Positions 57,709 through 64,000 of a DNA stretch of 64,000 nt are shown in pieces. The DNA is from an uncultured Candidatus Saccharibacteria bacterium (lineage in GTDB: Bacteria > Patescibacteriota > Saccharimonadia > Saccharimonadales > Saccharimonadaceae). Position 1 is the first letter of the stretch, and each line of letters begins with the position of its first letter. The stretch lies in assembly GCA_964397215.1 (NCBI GenBank), contig CAYNHE010000001.1, forward strand, positions 5,075 through 69,074, written 5' to 3'. Under the pieces are notes generated by a model. It was given only the letters and a program-made list of their open reading frames with translations. It made no database searches and was not told where the DNA came from. The position numbers and the translations under genes were made by a program.

Positions 57709-59616
57709 TTACTCTAGCAAATTCCGCTTGTCCTTACTGAGGAGGTAGAGTCGATCTTTGGCGCGAGTGAGAGCGACGTAGATTAATCTCTGTTGGTCGG
57801 ATTTTTCGGTAGCGCGCGAATCGCCTAGATGTGGGAAAAGTTCGGCGTGTGGATGCGCGCCAAACAGCAAACTTCGGTCGAATTCGAGCAGCAACACTAT
57901 CTCAGCCTCTAGACCTTTAGACTTGTGCATGGTCATAGTGCGCACTTTTGCCGCAAAATCTGCCAGACTGAGCACGCAATTTTCACTACAAACTAGCCCA
58001 AGCGCCTGATGAAATGCCTCTAGTCCAATCCCCAGAAAAGTGGTAAAATTGTGGCGATGAAGCAACATAATCGAAGCCCCAGAGTGGATTTTGACAAGTT
58101 TATAACAGGTTTTTAGCAGCTGCGCCGCCTCAAGCGGAACGTCCAATAATTTAAGCTGGGTAGCCGTCGCGAGCGCGCGGACGAAACGCCCATCGATGCG
58201 CCCATCTTCAAAAATATCTTTGGCGTTAAAACGCGTCCGGGTGTAATTCAGCCATTTTACCCGGCCCTTTTGGTGACTAAACGGTCGCGCCGCTAGCGCA
58301 TTTTTATCATAATGGCTAAGCATAAACGTATTAGCGGTTTCGACCACGGCAATATTGCTCCGGTAATTGGTCGCGATCGGGAGCTTAATCTGATCTTCGG
58401 GAAAATACTGCGCAAAATCGAGAAAATAGCTCGCATCGGAACCGGCAAATCGGTTAATCATCTGCCAGTCGTCGCCCACCACGAAAAGATGCGCAGCTGG
58501 GGCGCGGACACGAATCGCCGTCACCAGCTGCCAGAACAAGAACGAAAAATCTTGATATTCGTCCACGATGAGGTAGCGCAGATTTTCGACGAAAGGATTA
58601 GCCTCTGCAGCGAGTTGCTTGGCAGCTCGGTTCATCAAAATATTAAAATCTATCAGCGGTGGCTTAAGCGAATCCAGATACCGCCGATACACCAGAAATC
58701 CTAGCCGTTCAGCACCAGTGTAGTCAGTGTCTATTTTTTTGGCAGAATCCTGGTTTATAGACCGCTGGCTCTGCTCGGCGCCACTGCAGTTCATCTTTGG
58801 CGGCCCGTCGGGATATTTTTGGCCGGCGCGGACGATGAACGAGGAGATAATCTTCAGTAATTCATCATAGCGCTCGCGGTTGAGACGAGTACGAGGGCTG
58901 TTTGTGACAAGAACCTCATCTAGGGCACGTTGGATGTAGTTTTGTTGAGTTATTTCATCGATGAGGGTGAAATTTTCGCCGTGATTTTTTAATAAATCGT
59001 AGGCAAATTTGTGAAAAGTTGAGGCGATTTTTGATGAAGAATCGCGTTTTAGGCCATTTTCTGGCCTTTCTGGCAAGTTTTGGCTCAAACTAGGGTGGTA
59101 CGGCTCTCGTTGTTCAGAATAGCCATGAGCGTCTTCTGGTGAGGTTTCAGGGGTATTTAGGCTAGTTTTCTGACTTTTTACGTATTCTACGAGCGGAATT
59201 CCATCGATTTGCATGGCCTGGACACGCTCGTTGACTTCGGCAGCAGCGGTGCGGTTAAACATGAAAACCTGAATTTCGTCAAAATTATAGCCACATTTTG
59301 CGACGAGATAGGCAATTTTGGCAACGATAACGCGAGTTTTACCAGAACCGGCGCGAGCGACCACCTGAGTGTTCTTGTGTAAGTCAATGACCGCGGCCAA
59401 CTGCTCGTCGTCGAGCGTGTAGGCCGAGCCGTTTAGCGTCACATGCTCAGAAAACCACACTCTCGCCTCATCAAGGCCAACGAGCTGCCGTACAAACGCC
59501 TCCTTTTCGGACCGGATATCGTCGCAGCCCGTCGTTACGGGTGCGCCGCATCCTACGCTCATCGCCGGCTTCGCCGTCTCGCGCTTCTGCAATTCCTCGG
59601 AAGCAAATGTAAGCAT
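57709..59616 (-). CDS. UvrD-family (helicase IV-like) DNA helicase
   Basis: ARAGSGKT, DEYQD, GDDWQMINRFAG, NYRS, TMHKSKGLE, YVALTRA; start lies inside the repeat element and is uncertain. Confidence 0.85.
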   Translation of the reverse strand: MLTFASEELQKRETAKPAMSVGCGAPVTTGCDDIRSEKEAFVRQLVGLDEARVWFSEHVTLNGSAYTLDDEQLAAVIDLHKNTQVVARAGSGKTRVIVAKIAYLVAKCGYNFDEIQVFMFNRTAAAEVNERVQAMQIDGIPLVEYVKSQKTSLNTPETSPEDAHGYSEQREPYHPSLSQNLPERPENGLKRDSSSKIASTFHKFAYDLLKNHGENFTLIDEITQQNYIQRALDEVLVTNSPRTRLNRERYDELLKIISSFIVRAGQKYPDGPPKMNCSGAEQSQRSINQDSAKKIDTDYTGAERLGFLVYRRYLDSLKPPLIDFNILMNRAAKQLAAEANPFVENLRYLIVDEYQDFSFLFWQLVTAIRVRAPAAHLFVVGDDWQMINRFAGSDASYFLDFAQYFPEDQIKLPIATNYRSNIAVVETANTFMLSHYDKNALAARPFSHQKGRVKWLNYTRTRFNAKDIFEDGRIDGRFVRALATATQLKLLDVPLEAAQLLKTCYKLVKIHSGASIMLLHRHNFTTFLGIGLEAFHQALGLVCSENCVLSLADFAAKVRTMTMHKSKGLEAEIVLLLEFDRSLLFGAHPHAELFPHLGDSRATEKSDQQRLIYVALTRAKDRLYLLSKDKRNLLE

Positions 59617-59672
59617 TTGTTTCTCTCGGAATCTTGAATCGCCGGTCGTAACCTCCGAGAGTTCCTCATAGG
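59503..59672. mobile_element. Palindromic repeat element copy 3, overlapping the helicase start
   Basis: 59552-59665 matches copy 1 with 3 mismatches by hand alignment; left part diverged but still hairpin-forming. Confidence 0.78.
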
Positions 59673-59708
59673 AGCCCTTTGCACGGCAGCCCTCGCCCTT
59701 GCTTGAGT

Positions 59709-61136
59709 TTACTGTAATTTCTGCTTTAAAATCTCCTGTACACTTGACGGATTAGCCTTGCCGTGGGATTCTTTCATTACTTGGCCGACCAAGAAACCTA
59801 GCACCTTTTCTTGTCCGTTGCGGTAATCCTCTTGTGCCTGCTTGGTTTCTGGCTTGGCTAGCACCGTATCAACAATCGCTTCAAGGGCGCCGAGATCGTT
59901 CTCTTGCACAACGCCTAGCTCTTTGGCGATGGTGACGGTATCTTTATAATGCATTTCTGGGTCGAAAAATTTAAGAAAAACTTCTTTAGCGCCGGTGCTT
60001 GAGAGTTCGTTCTTCGCCACCATGCCGGTGAGGTCAATTAGCTGCTGATTACTTGGCAACTCGTCGTTTAGCAGACTAGCATTTTCCTCGGCTAACAACA
60101 CCGAGCTAAACCAGTTCGCAACCCTCTTAATACCGCCGTCATCCAGCTCTGTTAGTTCTCCAAGCTTTTTCATCAGCACTGGATAGTCCAGCAATACCTC
60201 GATGGTATCGTCGGTCAATGTTCCGGCAAATTTATCCCGATATTCTGCTGGTTTCACTCCGAGTAATTCTCTCTGCCTGGTGACAAACTCCTCGCTAAGC
60301 CTTAGTGGAGGCAAATCTGGCTCTGGCATGTAGCGATAGTCGGCAGCGACTTCTTTACTGCGCTGGCCGGTAGTCTCGCCGGTGGCATCATTCCAACCGC
60401 GAGTTTCCTGAACGACTGGCTCGCCTTTCTCCAGCAATTTCACCTGTCGTTTAATCTCATATTCCACCGCGCGTTCTACACTGCGGAAACTATTGAGATT
60501 CTTCACTTCAGCGCGTTTGCCAAGTTCTTTGCTTCCCTCTTCGGCTACGCTAATATTTACGTCGAAACGCATGTTGCCGTTATAGAGATCACCAAGCGTC
60601 ACGCCAGCGTAAGTCATGGCGCGCCAGAGTTCTTTGGTGTACATACGGGCGTCTTCGGCGCTGTGCATGTCGGGATCAGAGACAATCTCGACTAGTGGCG
60701 TACCGGCGCGGTTCAAATCTACCAGGCTATAAGTTCCCTCATGGCTCAATTTACCAGCATCTTCCTCAAGATGAGCATGCTCAATATTTACAACGTACCC
60801 ATTAGGCAAGTCAATATGACCGCGTCCGATAATCGGCTGATACATCTGGGTAATCTGGTAGCCTTTAGGTAAATCTGGATAATAATAATGCTTACGGTCA
60901 AAACGGCTGTTTAGATTAATCTCCGCATTCAGCGCCAGACCAGCTCTCACGGCGAGCTCTACCGCCCCCTCGTTCAGCCTCGGCAACATGCCAGGCAAAG
61001 CATAATCGACCGGCGACATACAGGAATTAGGCTCTTTGTTCCGAGCGTCGTTGTCAACTTCGGAGAAAAGTTTGGTCTTGGTGGCGAGTTGAACGTGACA
61101 CTCGATACCGATGGTGGGAATGTATTTTTTACTCAT
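59709..61136 (-). CDS. gatB: Asp/Glu-tRNA amidotransferase subunit B
   Basis: IGIECHVQL, FDRKHYYYPDLPKGYQI, HLEEDAGK, NRAGTPLVEIVS, YRYMPEPDLP. Confidence 0.96.
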   Translation of the reverse strand: MSKKYIPTIGIECHVQLATKTKLFSEVDNDARNKEPNSCMSPVDYALPGMLPRLNEGAVELAVRAGLALNAEINLNSRFDRKHYYYPDLPKGYQITQMYQPIIGRGHIDLPNGYVVNIEHAHLEEDAGKLSHEGTYSLVDLNRAGTPLVEIVSDPDMHSAEDARMYTKELWRAMTYAGVTLGDLYNGNMRFDVNISVAEEGSKELGKRAEVKNLNSFRSVERAVEYEIKRQVKLLEKGEPVVQETRGWNDATGETTGQRSKEVAADYRYMPEPDLPPLRLSEEFVTRQRELLGVKPAEYRDKFAGTLTDDTIEVLLDYPVLMKKLGELTELDDGGIKRVANWFSSVLLAEENASLLNDELPSNQQLIDLTGMVAKNELSSTGAKEVFLKFFDPEMHYKDTVTIAKELGVVQENDLGALEAIVDTVLAKPETKQAQEDYRNGQEKVLGFLVGQVMKESHGKANPSSVQEILKQKLQ

Positions 61137-61549
61137 TAAATCGCTCCTAAATCTTTTAGTGCTTGCTTGAAAGCGCCGAGGGCATGTTTAGCCTGCTCGT
61201 AACTGATTTCGGCATCGGTGTTGTGCGCCAGTCCATTCCGGAGACGGTGCGCATCCCAAACCGCGCTAGGACGTTCTAGTTTGGCCATCACCTTCTTGAG
61301 GCGTTCGCCCATAGTTTTGCCGGAGAGACCCATCTCTACTAAAGCCTTGTCTAGCAGCTTATCACCATTCATCACCGCCACCGTGTAACTCTGAGGGTTA
61401 TCACGGTCGAGGCCGTTTTCGACTTTGAGCCAGCGAGTCTGGTATTCTTCCTTATTAAAACTATGCTGACGACTGGTCAACATCATGGCGACTAGCATCA
61501 GCAAGCCAACCGCAATAATCGCAATAATCAGAAAAACTACTGATGGCAT
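61136..61549 (-). CDS. Hypothetical membrane-anchored protein inside the gat operon
   Basis: 137 aa, N-terminal TM, WDAHRLRNGLAH; coupled to gatA and gatB. Confidence 0.7.
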   Translation of the reverse strand: MPSVVFLIIAIIAVGLLMLVAMMLTSRQHSFNKEEYQTRWLKVENGLDRDNPQSYTVAVMNGDKLLDKALVEMGLSGKTMGERLKKVMAKLERPSAVWDAHRLRNGLAHNTDAEISYEQAKHALGAFKQALKDLGAI

Positions 61550-62988
61550 TATACATCCTCCTTAATTTCGCCGTTAATATCTAGGCTCTCATCACCTTCG
61601 ATAGCAGACTCTCCAGCGACCACTTTGGCAAAATTCAACAAGCCCTTGTCGCTGCGACGTGGGCCAACCAGCTGCAGACCAATATCGAGTCCATCTTCTG
61701 TTTTGCCAACCGGAATCGTCAGGCCAGGGATGCCAGCCAAATTCAATGGCACCGACATGACGTCTTCTAGATACATCGAGACCGGATCGTTCACTTTTTC
61801 GCCCAGTTTAAATGCTACGTCTGGTCCAACTGGAGTCAACAAATAATCGCACTTCTCAAAAGCCCTCTGATATTCTTCGATAATGAGCGTCCTAGCTTTG
61901 GCCGCCTTGAGATAATACGCATCATAAAAGCCTGAACTGAGCACGAAGTTGCCAATCATAATGCGACGCTTGTTCTCTGGCATAAAGCCTTCGTTACGCG
62001 TGAGGTCGTAAATTTCACCGAGAGTTTTAGCTTGGCTACTTCTATCGCCATACCTAATTCCGTCATAGCGCGATAAATTGCTCGCCACCTCGGCCGGAGT
62101 AATAATATAGTAAGTCGGAAGAGCGTATTTTAGCACTGGCATTTCTAGTTCGACAATCTCATGACCGCGCTCGCGTAGTTCTTGAACCTTGCGTGCAAGC
62201 GCCACCCGAACGGCCGGAGCGACCTTGTCATTATCAAAATCCTTGATCACGCCAATGCGCTTGACTGGGTCAACGTCGGCATAATCTTCATGATAATAAT
62301 CTGGCAAAGTTGTCATATCTTTAGGATCTGGACCAGCGCAAACGTCCATCAATAGATCAATGTCGTCAGGATGCTGCGCGAAGAATCCCACACAGTCAAG
62401 GCTAGAAGTCATCGCCACCACACCGTAACGACTAATCGTACCATAAGTCGGTTTGAATCCATAAACGCCGTTCAAACTGGCTGGCTGACGAATCGAGCCA
62501 CCAGTGTCAGTGCCAGTAGCAAACTGCACAATGTCTAGCGCCACTGCCACCGCCGAGCCGCCACTACTACCGCCGGCGACACGGGTTAAATCCTTGCTGT
62601 TCTTGGTCGGGCCGAAATAGCTGTTTTCCGTACTCGAACCGTGTGCAAAAGCGTCCAGATTAGTCCGTCCGACACAAATCGCCCCTTCATTCTCGAGTTT
62701 AGTCACGGTAGTTGACTCAATTGGACTGGCAAAATTTTCCAAAATCTTAGCCGAAGCCGTGGTCCAGCCTTGGCGGCTTAAAAAGTTATCTTTTAGAGCA
62801 TAAGGCACCCCTGCTAGACGCCCTACATTCTCTCCATTAGCAATCCTCGCGTCGATTTCTTCAGCTTGCTTGATAGCATCATCGTTAATCCAGGTAAAAA
62901 CGTTATACTCACCTTGGTAGGCGTGAGCCTTCTGCAGCGCATCCTGCACCAAATTAACTGCACTTAATTCTCTACTTGCTACTCTCAT
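61549..62988 (-). CDS. gatA: Asp/Glu-tRNA amidotransferase subunit A
   Basis: KDNF, GGSSGGSA, GTDTGGSIRQPA amidase signature. Confidence 0.95.
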   Translation of the reverse strand: MRVASRELSAVNLVQDALQKAHAYQGEYNVFTWINDDAIKQAEEIDARIANGENVGRLAGVPYALKDNFLSRQGWTTASAKILENFASPIESTTVTKLENEGAICVGRTNLDAFAHGSSTENSYFGPTKNSKDLTRVAGGSSGGSAVAVALDIVQFATGTDTGGSIRQPASLNGVYGFKPTYGTISRYGVVAMTSSLDCVGFFAQHPDDIDLLMDVCAGPDPKDMTTLPDYYHEDYADVDPVKRIGVIKDFDNDKVAPAVRVALARKVQELRERGHEIVELEMPVLKYALPTYYIITPAEVASNLSRYDGIRYGDRSSQAKTLGEIYDLTRNEGFMPENKRRIMIGNFVLSSGFYDAYYLKAAKARTLIIEEYQRAFEKCDYLLTPVGPDVAFKLGEKVNDPVSMYLEDVMSVPLNLAGIPGLTIPVGKTEDGLDIGLQLVGPRRSDKGLLNFAKVVAGESAIEGDESLDINGEIKEDV

Positions 62989-63272
62989 AGAACCCTCGGT
63001 ACTTTAATTTGATTATCTTGGACTTCGGTAGTCAAAGCCAAAAGCTGCTCACGGTCAGCATCCTGAGGGAGGATTTCGTCGGGACGCCAAATGTTTTCCA
63101 TTTCAAAAACCTGATAAGTCGGCTCCACACCGTCAGTATCCAACTCGTCGAGCTGAGAAATATAAGCCAAAATTCCGCCTAGATCCGTCTCAAGGCTTGC
63201 GCTCTGCTCTGGAGTCAGCGCAAAATTCGATAACTTCGCCAGATGCGAAATTGTTTCCTGATTAACTTCCAT
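62985..63272 (-). CDS. gatC: Asp/Glu-tRNA amidotransferase subunit C
   Basis: ISHLAKLS, LDELDTDGVEPT, IKVPRVL. Confidence 0.92.
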   Translation of the reverse strand: MEVNQETISHLAKLSNFALTPEQSASLETDLGGILAYISQLDELDTDGVEPTYQVFEMENIWRPDEILPQDADREQLLALTTEVQDNQIKVPRVL

Positions 63273-63319
63273 AGTTATATTATACTACAAGTCCGGAGGT
63301 TGAGGTGAAATATCTGTAA

Positions 63320-63355
63320 AAACGTGGACCTCGCCTTTTAGCAAAGTCCACGTTC
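63320..63355 (-). terminator. Hairpin terminator after rpoC
   Basis: AACGTGGAC...GTCCACGTT inverted repeat. Confidence 0.55.
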
Positions 63356-63372
63356 ATGTTCGGCCTTAGAAA

Positions 63373-64000
63373 TTACTCTTCTGTAGCTGTCTCTTCAGCT
63401 GATTTCATATCGGTGTTTTCAGCTTTTTCCTCGTCTTCTACTTCTTCAGCGACGGCGAGCGGAGTGATACCAGTACCAACTGGAATCTTGCGACCGATAA
63501 TCACGTTTTCCTTGAGACCATTCAAGTGGTCAACACGGCCATTAATAGCAGCGTTAATCAACACGCGAGTGGTATCTTGGAAGGAAGCTGCTGACAAGAA
63601 CGAGTCTGACCAGATACTGACCTTGGTAATACCAAGTAACAAGCTTTCGTAAGTGGCCGGCTCTCGGCCTTCTGCTTCGAGCTTTTGGTTCTCGGCAATG
63701 ATAGCTGCCTTCGATACGATGTCGCCTGAGACGAAACTCGAATCTCCAGCTTCATCAATCATCACGCGGCTGAACATCTGGCGAACGATGATTTCGAGGT
63801 GTTTCGCTGAAATCTCGTGACCTTGCGCTGCGTAGACCGCAATCACGTCGTTCATAATGTAACGAGCAGTAGCTTCAGCGCCCTTGTACTTCAGGAGGTC
63901 TTGCAAGTTCAAAGAACCAGTTGTTAGGCGATCGCCAGCTTCGAGCTTGTCACCACTCTTGACGACGAGTTCGGCGTCATTCGGGATTTCAAACCTGATG
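63373..64000 (-). CDS. rpoC: RNA polymerase beta-prime subunit, 3' end (partial)
   Basis: KHLEIIVRQM, LLGITK, SFLSAASFQDTTRVL, GLKENVIIGRKIPVGTG; the frame stays open to the window end. Confidence 0.96.
   Translation of the reverse strand, partial: IRFEIPNDAELVVKSGDKLEAGDRLTTGSLNLQDLLKYKGAEATARYIMNDVIAVYAAQGHEISAKHLEIIVRQMFSRVMIDEAGDSSFVSGDIVSKAAIIAENQKLEAEGREPATYESLLLGITKVSIWSDSFLSAASFQDTTRVLINAAINGRVDHLNGLKENVIIGRKIPVGTGITPLAVAEEVEDEEKAENTDMKSAEETATEE

Overview
Chromosomal segment of a small-genome bacterium using genetic code 11 (TGA is a stop). It is most likely a Candidate Phyla Radiation / Saccharibacteria (TM7) lineage, inferred from gene content, compact spacing and FISUMP / fibro-slime surface proteins; no search was run. 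Most of the window is housekeeping: trpS, serS, proS, lysS, cysS, gatCAB, rpsB-tsf-frr, rpmE, greA, fusA, metK, uppP, murJ, tmk, ldh, two UvrD-type helicases, the 3' end of rpoC and tRNA-Ala(GGC). No rRNA, CRISPR, transposase, integrase or reverse transcriptase was recognised. Main observation: five gap-free 192-bp cassettes (40532-40723 -, 41034-41225 +, 47191-47382 -, 47391-47582 -, 47727-47918 +). They encode only the C-terminal variable region of FISUMP/C-type-lectin-fold proteins, with nucleotide-conserved ends and a hypervariable middle. They show a 200-bp array period, homologous divergent spacers carrying palindromes 66 bp apart, terminal hairpins and an adjacent rmuC. This looks like a silent-cassette, shufflon or DGR-derived diversification system whose enzyme and expression locus are not in this window. 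Second: a ~180-bp palindromic repeat element in three copies, one inserted in-frame inside an RNA methyltransferase and one supplying a helicase N-terminus. Also seen: apparently widespread leaderless promoters, and an A19-U56 compensatory change in tRNA-Ala.
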